A program made the position numbers and the translations under genes. The notes under the pieces were generated by a model that had not been told where the DNA came from, did no database searches, and saw only the letters and a list, made by a program, of their open reading frames with translations. This document shows, in pieces, positions 36,256 to 44,255 of a DNA stretch of 64,000 nucleotides (position 1 is the first letter of the stretch; every line of letters starts with the position of its first letter). Source of the stretch: a virus; IMG/VR virus record IMGVR_UViG_3300045996_002876, positions 1-64,000 of that record; one strand, given 5' to 3'.

Positions 36256-37307
36256 CGGAGAGTCGCCTCCTCGGCGGCGGCCTCGGCGGCGGCCTCCTCC
36301 TCGGACACGAGGGTGATGGCCGGGCAGTTCTCCTCGTAGAACATGGTCGCGAACTCGACCGCCCCGGCCCACCCGCGGGCCACGAACCGGCCGAAGGCGG
36401 GGACGACGTACAGGGGGTAGCCGACGACCTTGACGTGGTCCCAGACCCGCCCCAGGACGTCCCAGGTGGTCCGCCGGGACCGCACGAAGTAGGCCGCCCC
36501 GCCGGCGAGGATGCCCCAGAAGAGCATGCGGGCCAGGAACCAGAAGGCCGCCCCGGTCCCCTCGGCCGAGAACAGCCAGGCGATCCCCTGGCAGATCCAG
36601 TAGAGGGCCCAGGCGAGGAACAGGACGGCCTCGTACAGGAGGTAGGCGGCCGCCACGGCCAGGACGGCGTACAGGGCGTACAGCCCCCACTTGACGAACG
36701 CCCGCGAGAAGTTCGACCAGAACACCAGGCGGGCCCGGAGGGCCGCCCGGCGGGCCTCGGCCCGTGCCTTGGCGGCCTCGTACCGGTCGACCAGGAGGGC
36801 GTGCAGGGCCCGGGCCTCCTCCGGGACCAGGAGGGCGTACGGGAACTCGTGCTTCAGGAAGGTCCAGACGGTGTCGAACTCCTTGTACGACCCGGACGAC
36901 CAGTTCCGGAGGAGTTCGGTCAGGCGGGCCGCGAAGTGGGCCCGCTCCTGGCGGAGGGTCGGGGCGACCTCAGCCGCCGGCTCCCGCTCCGGCCGGCGGG
37001 CCAGGAGCCCGCGGAGGAAGCTCCCGACGGCGGTCAGCCCGTCCCCGACACGGGAAGCCCCCCAGGCGGCCCGGACCCCCCGGAACACGGCCCGCCCGAC
37101 CTTGACGGCCAGCAGGAGCGGGAGGAGGAGGGCGATCAGGTTGGTCAGGTGGAACAGCGGGCAGTAGTGGGTGTACAGGTACTTGGGCAGGCCGGTGTCC
37201 TGGGGCCGGGCCGGGTCGGCGTCGGCCACCCCGAAGGCCCAGTGGAGGAGGCGGTACCGCCAGTGCCCGAAGGACAGGGTCCGGTCGGCCTTGATCGAGT
37301 CGAGCAC
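36252..37307 (-). CDS. Multi-TM membrane protein
   Basis: 351 aa, several hydrophobic helices, YTHYCP and YEENCPAI motifs. Confidence 0.75.
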   Translation of the reverse strand: MLDSIKADRTLSFGHWRYRLLHWAFGVADADPARPQDTGLPKYLYTHYCPLFHLTNLIALLLPLLLAVKVGRAVFRGVRAAWGASRVGDGLTAVGSFLRGLLARRPEREPAAEVAPTLRQERAHFAARLTELLRNWSSGSYKEFDTVWTFLKHEFPYALLVPEEARALHALLVDRYEAAKARAEARRAALRARLVFWSNFSRAFVKWGLYALYAVLAVAAAYLLYEAVLFLAWALYWICQGIAWLFSAEGTGAAFWFLARMLFWGILAGGAAYFVRSRRTTWDVLGRVWDHVKVVGYPLYVVPAFGRFVARGWAGAVEFATMFYEENCPAITLVSEEEAAAEAAAEEATLR

Positions 37308-37335
37308 GCGGGACTCCTGGGAACTCGTCTGGAAG

Positions 37336-37458
37336 AAGGCGGGGTGGGGGTCGAACCCACACGGCCCGGGGACGCCCCCGGGAGCTCTCCCCGACGCCGG
37401 CGGGATGGGTACCCTCGCCGCCGGAGCCGGGCCCTCTCGGGCCTTGAGCTACCCGCCC
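37336..37458 (-). ncRNA. tRNA-like RNA C (large D-loop insert, closed anticodon arm)
   Basis: Acceptor GGGCGGG/CCCGCCT, TA-GCTC...GAGC D stem, CCCGGGG-GCGT-CCCCGGG arm, T arm GTGGG-TTCGACC-CCCAC. Confidence 0.8.
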
Positions 37459-37664
37459 GTAAAGCCGGGAGTCGCACGGAGGCCTCCCGGGGGCCCTGCC
37501 AATCCGTCCGCCGGCTTCCGCTCCGACCGAACTACTCCCCGGCGGGGGACCCGTACTCGCTCGACGTTACACCGTCCCCCGAGCGTTCGTGGGGGACTGG
37601 AACACCCGTTACGGCCCGCTGGGATGACGCTCTCGGTCGCCGGGTGACCACCCTTACGGGCGGG
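37452..37664 (-). ncRNA. Candidate ~213-nt structured RNA domain abutting RNA C
   Basis: 11-bp closing inverted repeat; inner stems CGACCGA/TCGGTCG, GTCCCCC/GGGGGAC and AAGCCGG/CCGGCTT. Confidence 0.6.
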
Positions 37665-37721
37665 CCCTTTGGGAGGAGCTTGACCAGTCCTACCGGATGA
37701 GGGCTATCGGTGTTCTGGGGC

Positions 37722-37754
37722 GGCCGGGGGAGGTCCTTCCGACCTCCCCCGGCC
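37722..37754. repeat. 14-bp perfect palindrome after groES
   Basis: GGCCGGGGGAGGTC-CTTCC-GACCTCCCCCGGCC. Confidence 0.8.
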
Positions 37755-37764
37755 CGGCTGTTTT

Positions 37765-38097
37765 TCAGTCCTCGAGGACGCCGAGGACGTCGGCCTCGCG
37801 GAGGATCCGGACCTTCCTCCCGCCGACCTCCTCCTCGTGCCCGGCGTACATGCCGAACACGACCGTCTGGCCGACGGCCACGTCGAGGATGAGGCGGCGG
37901 TTCTGGCCGGGGTCGTAGGCCCCCGGGCCGACGGCCGTCACCACCCCCCGGCCGATCTTCATCCGGGCCGAGTCGGGCAGGAGGATCCCGCCGGGGGTCT
38001 GGGTCTCGGTCACGGGCTCGACCACCAGGTGGTCGGCGAGGGGGCGGATCTTCATGTCTCTTGGTTCTCCTGATTGTTCCTTGCCGACCGTCTTCAC
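37765..38097 (-). CDS. groES: Co-chaperonin GroES
   Basis: MKIRPLADHLVV, TPGGILLPDSA, AVGPG and ILREADVLGV; alternative start ATG 38055. Confidence 0.92.
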   Translation of the reverse strand: MKTVGKEQSGEPRDMKIRPLADHLVVEPVTETQTPGGILLPDSARMKIGRGVVTAVGPGAYDPGQNRRLILDVAVGQTVVFGMYAGHEEEVGGRKVRILREADVLGVLED

Positions 38098-38330
38098 TTT
38101 GCCGAGAGGGCCCGCCGGCCGTCCAGGTAGTCCTGCCCGTACCAGAGGACGAGCTTGACTTGCCGCTCGGTCATGGGGGCCCTGAGGGCGTACGCCGCCT
38201 GCTTATTCTGGGCGTCGATTTTCGCCCCTTCGGCCTCGTTGTCGGTCGCCTTCTGGCAGAATTCGTCCTCCGAGGCGGCCGACCGACATGCGATACAGAA
38301 CCCGCGGCGGTCGTGCATGTGGGTCGCCAT
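38094..38330 (-). CDS. Hypothetical protein
   Basis: 78 aa, CIAC...FC. Confidence 0.55.
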   Translation of the reverse strand: MATHMHDRRGFCIACRSAASEDEFCQKATDNEAEGAKIDAQNKQAAYALRAPMTERQVKLVLWYGQDYLDGRRALSAK

Positions 38331-38473
38331 ACTGGGCTCCTTGTCCGGGGGAGGGGTGGCCGGGGCATCGGCCCCGGTCCCGGGCCGATTGTGGTGGTCC
38401 GTACGCGGCGGGAGTCAGGTCCGCCCCCACCCCGGCCCCGGTAGAGCGTTGGCTACCGGCCCCTCGCCGCCGA

Positions 38474-38725
38474 CTACGGGAGGACCTTGTGGACGACCAC
38501 CTCGGCGTCCAGGCGGACGACGTGGAGGCCCGCCTCGGGGGCCCACCAGTTACCCGTGCCCAACTCGGCCGCGAACAGACGGCCGTCGGCGAATCCTCGC
38601 GGGTCGAGCACGGCCAGGTACGTCCGCGACGACCCCAGCGTGTGGGCGCTCCAGAAAACGTCCCCGGCCTTCAGGTCGGCGAACCTGGTCACGGGGGCCT
38701 TGTCGGTCCGGTCGGTGATCTTCAT
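38474..38725 (-). CDS. Small SH3-like phage protein
   Basis: FADLKAGDVF pattern. Confidence 0.65.
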   Translation of the reverse strand: MKITDRTDKAPVTRFADLKAGDVFWSAHTLGSSRTYLAVLDPRGFADGRLFAAELGTGNWWAPEAGLHVVRLDAEVVVHKVLP

Positions 38726-38803
38726 GGGGTCCTCGGTATCAGCCGGCCCGGGGCGAGTCCCTTCGCCCCGGGCGGCCGGGAGGGGCGGGGACGGTCGTCC
38801 CCT

Positions 38804-38839
38804 ACGGGTAAGTTAGGGGGTCGTTCCTGAGAGTCAAGA
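38804..38839 (-). promoter_or_regulatory. Leftward promoter with overlapping operator-like palindrome
   Basis: TTGACT-16-TAACTT-ACCCGT; TCCTGA-gag-TCAAGA at 38825-38839. Confidence 0.65.
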
Positions 38840-38863
38840 ACTTCTCAAGGAAAATCCAGATTC

Positions 38864-39168
38864 CCCCTCCGGGCCCCCACTTTGTCCCGGCGGGTGGGGG
38901 CATTGCGAGCCCGGGCTTGAGGCGCGCACCCTGGGGCGGGGCGTCTTTGAAGACACGCGGCGAGAAGGAGATGAGGTTCGGGGGTAAGCCCGGGAGGCCA
39001 CCCGATTCACCCGCGATCCGGCCCCTTCGGGGTGGTGGCGGAGCCGGCCGCTAACACGTCTCCGTCGCTCCTACAGAGCGACGGAGACGGCCGGGAGTAT
39101 CAGGACTCCCCGGGGCCGCCTGGCTCGCTGTAGGCGAGCCAGGCGGCCCGCTGGGGGACGCGGAGGGG
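38864..39168 (-). ncRNA. Candidate ~305-nt structured RNA or DNA element
   Basis: CCCCTCCG/CGGAGGGG closure; perfect 14-bp and 16-bp hairpins with complementary loops CTACA and TGTAG. Confidence 0.55.
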
Positions 39169-39169
39169 A

Positions 39170-39436
39170 CTAGTTCCCCCCGCCGGTCCGCCGGGCCTTC
39201 GCGGCCTCCTGGACGCTCCGGGCGGCGGCGATCAGGTTGGCCAGCTCGGCCTCGTTCAGGAGGACCTGGCAGAGCTCGTCGGGGCCCAGGGCGGCCGGGT
39301 CGAGCCCGACCGGCTGGAGGACGATACAGAAGGTGTCCCGGCCGTCCCGGTCCCGGCCGTACCCGCACGCGTGGAAGGCCACGGGGAGGGTCTCGATCCG
39401 GGTCAGGTCGGCGGGGTTTCCGTTGGTCACAGGCAT
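39170..39436 (-). CDS. Hypothetical protein
   Basis: 88 aa from ATG 39436. Confidence 0.6.
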   Translation of the reverse strand: MPVTNGNPADLTRIETLPVAFHACGYGRDRDGRDTFCIVLQPVGLDPAALGPDELCQVLLNEAELANLIAAARSVQEAAKARRTGGGN

Positions 39437-39627
39437 GGGGGTCTCCGGACGGGCGACCGGTATCCCCAAATGGTAAGCGGGGCCCTCTGGGGGCTCCAGT
39501 GGAAAGTCAAAAAACAGGCACACTTTTAAGAGGGTTTACCGAACGAAGGTACTCCCAGGCCCGAAAGGGCCGGAGTACGTACTCTCCCCTTCACACTTTA
39601 AGTGCGTGGCGGAGACCGGATTGACCC

Positions 39628-39656
39628 ACTATACGGGGGTGGGTAGGGAGAGTCAA
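39628..39656 (-). promoter_or_regulatory. Strong leftward promoter
   Basis: TTGACT-17-TATAGT. Confidence 0.75.
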
Positions 39657-39831
39657 CAGTTGGACGGAGGGGAGAATGACAGGAGAAAAATTTGTCGGAC
39701 CCGTTCAACAATAGACATATAGACAGACAACCATCCGACTGATTTCGACTGGACGTGGTAGGAAATGTCAAACTGGGCAAGACCTAATATCGCAGATCCG
39801 TGTCGAGGTTGTTGATTCTCAAACATGAGAA

Positions 39832-40725
39832 TCAAATGGAGTACTCGACCCCGACCGCCGTGGGGTAGAGCTGGCCGGCAAGGACCCTCACGATCGTGGT
39901 CGTGAAGACCCTGTACCGCCCGGCGAGATCGTCCAGGAGATGACTGGGCCCGATCCGCCAGTCGCACCCTCCAGTCTCTTCCCTCCAGGCGGCGCGGATG
40001 GCCTGGGCGTCGTGGAACGTCAGTTCTTGGAGGCCCGATGTCGGAGGGGAGGTTTTCCGACCCCGCGGGCGGCGGGCGAACGCCAGCTTTCTTTTGAGGT
40101 CCACGATCGTCTCGTCTCGCGACTGGACCTTCTTCTCCAGTCGCCGAAGGGCCCGCTCGAGTCGCCTGACGTCCTTGAGGGTAAACCCGCGGAGCCGCTC
40201 CTCTTCGAGTCGCTTCTGCCGCTCCTGCTCCCGGCGGGCCCGGAGGGCTTCCTTGTACTTCTCGTGGGCCGCCCTCCGGATGACCTTGATGTCGTACCGG
40301 GGCGGCTCTTCGAACATTTCCACGGTCCACGGACTGGTGTCGGCCAGCATGTGCTCGTAGAGCAGGTTCTCGGTGTTCCCGCCGGGCCCCCGCTCGGCCA
40401 GGTCCTGCATGTTCTCCTGGTGGGTCCCCTCGACCAGATGGTCGGGGTTACAACAGGGGCGGTTGTCGCACTCGTGGCGTACGACCAGGCCGGGCGTGAG
40501 GGGGCCCTTGAACAGGGCGTAGGAGACGCGGTGGGCGAGGCGGTTGAGGGTCCCCCGGGCCGACCGGACCTTGACCACCCCGTAGTCTTGGCGGTTCCGG
40601 TCCTCGTTCCAGACCCAACACCCGGAGAGGCCGTCCTTCAGGACGCTCCGGTGGATCTGCTCGCGGAGGGTCTCGTCCAGAACCCAACCCTCACTGGTTT
40701 CGGTGTGTGCCGAGAGGTACGACAT
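39832..40725 (-). CDS. HNH (Zn-binding loop) endonuclease with coiled-coil extension
   Basis: GCWVW...YG...AHRVSY...VRHECDNRPCCNPDHLVEGTHQENMQD. Confidence 0.88.
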   Translation of the reverse strand: MSYLSAHTETSEGWVLDETLREQIHRSVLKDGLSGCWVWNEDRNRQDYGVVKVRSARGTLNRLAHRVSYALFKGPLTPGLVVRHECDNRPCCNPDHLVEGTHQENMQDLAERGPGGNTENLLYEHMLADTSPWTVEMFEEPPRYDIKVIRRAAHEKYKEALRARREQERQKRLEEERLRGFTLKDVRRLERALRRLEKKVQSRDETIVDLKRKLAFARRPRGRKTSPPTSGLQELTFHDAQAIRAAWREETGGCDWRIGPSHLLDDLAGRYRVFTTTIVRVLAGQLYPTAVGVEYSI

Positions 40726-40787
40726 AGGAAGTCCTTGAAAGTTCAGGATTCCCCATATTAGTGTCGGTGTGCCCCTCAGTCAATACC

Positions 40788-41027
40788 TCAGCGGACCCGG
40801 GTCACCCGGTACATCTTGAAGGCGGCCAGGGTCCGCGGGTTCACCAGGAGCCATTGCTCCTGGACGAACTCCCAGTCCCGGTACCGGGAGGCCGACTGGC
40901 GGAACTTGGTGACCTTGTTCGCGGCGGCGTTGGCCGCCGCGAACGGGCCGAGGAGGACCGCCTCGCCGACCCGAAGGCGGCCCAGGTTCCGGGCCCGCAA
41001 ACTTAGCGCGTTCTTCGGCACGGCCAC
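40788..41027 (-). CDS. Small basic protein
   Basis: 79 aa, LRVGEAV...YRVTRV. Confidence 0.55.
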   Translation of the reverse strand: MAVPKNALSLRARNLGRLRVGEAVLLGPFAAANAAANKVTKFRQSASRYRDWEFVQEQWLLVNPRTLAAFKMYRVTRVR

Positions 41028-41033
41028 CTCCCC

Positions 41034-41297
41034 TTACTTATCGCGGGACCACCAGTCGTCGTCTTCCAGGAACCTCCGCCGGTCGGCGGCGGCCAGGGCC
41101 TCGATCTTACCCATCGCCTCCTTGAGGAGGGCCTCAGCCCGTGTCCACAAGATCTGAGCTTCGAGGAGGTCCGTCGGAGGGGGACCTTCTACCTCGGGGA
41201 AAGCCATCCACACGATTTGGTCGGCGTACCGGAGGAGCTTCCGGGCCTCGTCCAGGTTGTCGTCGATTGCGTAGAAGGGGTAGTCCTCGTCCTTCAT
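41034..41297 (-). CDS. Hypothetical protein
   Basis: ATGA-coupled early gene. Confidence 0.6.
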   Translation of the reverse strand: MKDEDYPFYAIDDNLDEARKLLRYADQIVWMAFPEVEGPPPTDLLEAQILWTRAEALLKEAMGKIEALAAADRRRFLEDDDWWSRDK

Positions 41298-41572
41298 ACC
41301 TGGCCCGTCCATTTCTTCGGGAGGGGTGGGAGGACGTGGCGGTCCAGCTTCACCCACCAGGACACGTCACCCCAGTCCCAGGCGCACCAGGAGTCCCCGG
41401 CGGGGTCGTCCCACCCGTCCTCGGTGGCGACGATGACGGCCGAGTCCCAGAAGTCGTGGTTCGCCCGCCGGTCGTGGCAGGCCACCAGGACCAGGTACCG
41501 GTCCCCGGCGTAGCAGTCCGGCGGGCCGCCGGGGCACTCGCCCTCGCCGGGGCCCTTGTTCCAGTCGATCAT
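41294..41572 (-). CDS. Trp-rich hypothetical protein
   Basis: ATGA-coupled; YLVLV...VSWWV pattern. Confidence 0.6.
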   Translation of the reverse strand: MIDWNKGPGEGECPGGPPDCYAGDRYLVLVACHDRRANHDFWDSAVIVATEDGWDDPAGDSWCAWDWGDVSWWVKLDRHVLPPLPKKWTGQV

Positions 41573-41793
41573 CGGCTCGTGTACTCCCAGTCCTCGGCCC
41601 TGTACCAAACCACCACATCTTGCCCGAAAGGGGACCCCGAGATGGAAACCAGCCGGTCTCCAACGGTCCCGGCGAATTCGGCCGCGGCCTTGTACACGTC
41701 TTCTGGGGTCCGCAGGCCAATCCGGGGAGGTTGTCCCGGGGCCCGGTGGAGAGGGGTCGGTGTGATTTGAAAGGTTTTGAACAAGATGGTCAT
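41569..41793 (-). CDS. Hypothetical protein
   Basis: 74 aa, LVSIS...VVVWY; bounded by a 16-bp direct repeat. Confidence 0.6.
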   Translation of the reverse strand: MTILFKTFQITPTPLHRAPGQPPRIGLRTPEDVYKAAAEFAGTVGDRLVSISGSPFGQDVVVWYRAEDWEYTSR

Positions 41794-42110
41794 CGGCTCG
41801 TGTACCTCACCAGGACGCTCTCGTCGGGCTGGAGGCGGCGGCCCATGGACTTCTCGTAGTCCATGAAGTTGTCCCAGAAGTAGTCGGCCGTGTCCAGAGA
41901 CACGAACACCCCGTTCGGCCCGGCCTGGAACCAGCCGATCGGGAAGCACTCCTGGAGGGCGTCGTCCTTCTTCTTGTCCCACAGGCGGTCGCCGGTGACC
42001 TTCTCCTGGTACTTGCCGATGAACACCACGTCCCCCGGCTCGACCCGGAGCATGGACAGGGGGACCAGGGGGACGGGCTGGTGGGCCTCGACCCAGAGTT
42101 GGGCTTTCAT
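41790..42110 (-). CDS. Hypothetical protein
   Basis: ATGA-coupled early gene. Confidence 0.6.
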   Translation of the reverse strand: MKAQLWVEAHQPVPLVPLSMLRVEPGDVVFIGKYQEKVTGDRLWDKKKDDALQECFPIGWFQAGPNGVFVSLDTADYFWDNFMDYEKSMGRRLQPDESVLVRYTSR

Positions 42111-42382
42111 TGACCCCGTTCCTCCCAGTCGATGACCACCCCGGTGGCGCCCCGCCGCTCCACCGCCCCCGTCCCGACCAGCTTCTTCGCCCGGACCCGG
42201 TCCCCCGGGGTGACCAGGAAGACCTCGATTGCCCACCAGTCCCCGTCGGCGGGGAGGTCCCCGCGGGCGACCTCCTCCTGGGCGAACCGGACGGCCGCCC
42301 CGAGCGGGTGGGGGGCGTCGACGACCTCGGCAAACGTGATCTCCTCGGCCTGGTCGCCGGCCTCGATCAGGTACAGGTTCAT
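42107..42382 (-). CDS. Hypothetical protein
   Basis: ATGA-coupled early gene. Confidence 0.6.
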   Translation of the reverse strand: MNLYLIEAGDQAEEITFAEVVDAPHPLGAAVRFAQEEVARGDLPADGDWWAIEVFLVTPGDRVRAKKLVGTGAVERRGATGVVIDWEERGQ

Positions 42383-42651
42383 TCCTCGTCCCTCCTCAGG
42401 AGTTCCAGGGCCTCGACGCCGGACTCGGGGAACCAGACCTTGCCGTCGAGGATCTCCCGCTCGGTGAGGTCCGGGTTGACCTCCCACTCTTCGTGGGGCC
42501 AGACCTTGACGTACCAGTCCGGCTCGGCGGGGGTCGGCCGGGCGACGGCCGCCACCACCCCGACCAGGCTGACGAACCGGCGGCCGGCCGGGCTCGAGGC
42601 GGTCCCGGTGATCCGGACCTCGTCGTCCGGCCTGAGGTCGGCGAGTTTCAT
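42379..42651 (-). CDS. Hypothetical SH3-like protein
   Basis: ATGA-coupled early gene. Confidence 0.6.
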   Translation of the reverse strand: MKLADLRPDDEVRITGTASSPAGRRFVSLVGVVAAVARPTPAEPDWYVKVWPHEEWEVNPDLTEREILDGKVWFPESGVEALELLRRDEE

Positions 42652-43025
42652 TTCAACCCTCCGGCGTCCAGTATCGAGGCCAGGGCCGCTCGGCAGATAG
42701 CCTCCCCGGGGGTAGTCCCATCAGCCCCGTCCCCTACGGTCGGGAAGGAGGGGTCCCCGGTCTTGGCCCAGAACTCGGCGGAGAACGCGAGCCCCGTCTT
42801 CCGGAGGTCCATGTCGAACCCGAGTTCGAACATGCGTTCGGCCACATCCCACCAATTTTTGTGGAGCGGGTGGTCGTAATAAGGGACCGAGTAGTGCTTG
42901 GCTCGAAACTCCCCGGTCGGCCACCAGTCGCCGTTATTAAATTCGCACGTGGCCCCCATGACGCCGCGGAAGACCGCGGCGTGCAGGTCCCGGCCGACCA
43001 GGCTAAAGATCTCGTCCCGCGTCAT
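42648..43025 (-). CDS. Phage ABA-sandwich domain protein
   Basis: GRDLHAAV..VMG...W.VAERM...T.GEAICRAAL motif. Confidence 0.7.
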   Translation of the reverse strand: MTRDEIFSLVGRDLHAAVFRGVMGATCEFNNGDWWPTGEFRAKHYSVPYYDHPLHKNWWDVAERMFELGFDMDLRKTGLAFSAEFWAKTGDPSFPTVGDGADGTTPGEAICRAALASILDAGGLK

Positions 43026-43297
43026 TCCACCCTCCCGTTGAGTTCCAGGGCCAGCCGAATATTCGTCTCGTCCACCTCCGCCTGGGTCGGCGGCGGGCCG
43101 TCGTCCGCGTGCCAGCGGTACCCACAGCCCCGCCGGAGGGCGTCCTGGAAGGTCAGGAGGGCGTACTGGACGACCGCCCAGTGGCGGGCAGTGATCGGGC
43201 CGTGGGGCCCGGCCCCGTCGTGGGGGACGCTTACGGCGTCCCCCACGGCGCGCAGGTAACCCGTCCGTGGCGTGGTCAAGGGCGGGCCCTCAGTCAC
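43022..43297 (-). CDS. Hypothetical protein
   Basis: Coupled early gene. Confidence 0.55.
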   Translation of the reverse strand: MTEGPPLTTPRTGYLRAVGDAVSVPHDGAGPHGPITARHWAVVQYALLTFQDALRRGCGYRWHADDGPPPTQAEVDETNIRLALELNGRVE

Positions 43298-43601
43298 AGT
43301 AGGGGGTGATGAACATGGCGTACTTGCCCTCCAGGCCGGGGACGGTGGCGAGCTCGTACCGGCCGTCGTAGTAGGCCTGCATGGCCTCGTACTTCCGGGC
43401 GGCCAGGGAGTCGTCGTCCGGGTCTCGCACGGCCTGGAAGTGCCCCCACTTCCCCTCCCGGTCGACGACCCGGACGAGCTCGACGTGGTAGGTGGCCCCG
43501 AACAGCTCGACCCGGCCGAGCCAGGTGTCCCCGGCGTCGTCGGTCGGGTGGAGGCCCTCGAGCATGAACCCGACGGCGAGCGGGGCGAGGGGGGTGGTCA
43601 C
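43290..43601 (-). CDS. Hypothetical protein
   Basis: GTGA-coupled, 103 aa. Confidence 0.6.
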   Translation of the reverse strand: MTTPLAPLAVGFMLEGLHPTDDAGDTWLGRVELFGATYHVELVRVVDREGKWGHFQAVRDPDDDSLAARKYEAMQAYYDGRYELATVPGLEGKYAMFITPYCD

Positions 43602-43879
43602 TTGCGTCTCCAGAACACGTGCCCGACGAAACTCCCGCCGAGGAGCTGGTAGCTCCCCAGGTAGTCCCCCGGGTGGTCCTCGATCGGGTGGCCGGTCCCG
43701 TGCGTCCGGAGGACCAGGGTGGCCTTCTGGCCGGCGGCCCAGTTCGACGTATCGACCCAGGCCCACAGGCACGGGGTGTCCCCCTGGGCCTGGACGCACA
43801 GGGGAATGGCCCCGTACGGGACGACGACCTCCTGGTAGTCCTCGACGGCCAGGGGGAACTTCCAGACGGCGGTGGTCAT
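43598..43879 (-). CDS. Conserved phage hypothetical protein
   Basis: VWKFPL...LCVQAQ..PCLWAWVD...GTGHP..YLGSYQ..FVGHVF pattern. Confidence 0.75.
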   Translation of the reverse strand: MTTAVWKFPLAVEDYQEVVVPYGAIPLCVQAQGDTPCLWAWVDTSNWAAGQKATLVLRTHGTGHPIEDHPGDYLGSYQLLGGSFVGHVFWRRK

Positions 43880-44046
43880 TCACGATCTCCTTCATCCAGG
43901 CCCCACTCCCGGATGACCCTCTCGGCATGCTTCTTCAAGTCCGGGGCTTCCCACCCGTCATTTACAAGGGCCGTCAAAACCAGGAGACAGTCCTTGGCTT
44001 CCCGCGTCGACATCGCCTCGATTCGGGCCGTCCAATCATTCTTCAT
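43876..44046 (-). CDS. Hypothetical protein
   Basis: ATGA-coupled, 56 aa. Confidence 0.5.
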   Translation of the reverse strand: MKNDWTARIEAMSTREAKDCLLVLTALVNDGWEAPDLKKHAERVIREWGLDEGDRE

Positions 44047-44255
44047 GCCTCGCCCCTCCCCCGCTCGCGGGCCATCTCCCGCAGGGTCACCAGGGCGTGG
44101 GCGGCGTCGCAGTGGGCGTCCCAGTACCGGTGGTCCCGGATCGGGAGCTCGCCGGTGTCGGCGTCGGGGGCCTTGCACGGGGCGACGACGATCAGGTCGG
44201 CCGCCTCCCGGTTGATCAGGTCGATGGCCTCGGTCAGCTTGTCAGCGAAGGTCAC
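44043..44255 (-). CDS. Hypothetical protein
   Basis: Coupled, 70 aa. Confidence 0.55.
   Translation of the reverse strand: MTFADKLTEAIDLINREAADLIVVAPCKAPDADTGELPIRDHRYWDAHCDAAHALVTLREMARERGRGEA

Noticed and set aside
34442-37458. Ordinary tRNA genes, tmRNA or intron-containing tRNAs
   Set aside because: No canonical anticodon loops, inserts too short for group I/II introns, and no alanine identity or tag ORF
37452-37664. RNase P RNA
   Set aside because: The 3' CCCGGCTTTA is only vaguely similar and the GAGGAAAGTCC signature is absent
29538-40725. RNA-guided (IscB/HEARO-like) pairing of HNH genes with the structured RNAs
   Set aside because: The HNH proteins look like ordinary phage homing types without RuvC or PLMP features and are not directly adjacent to the main RNA elements
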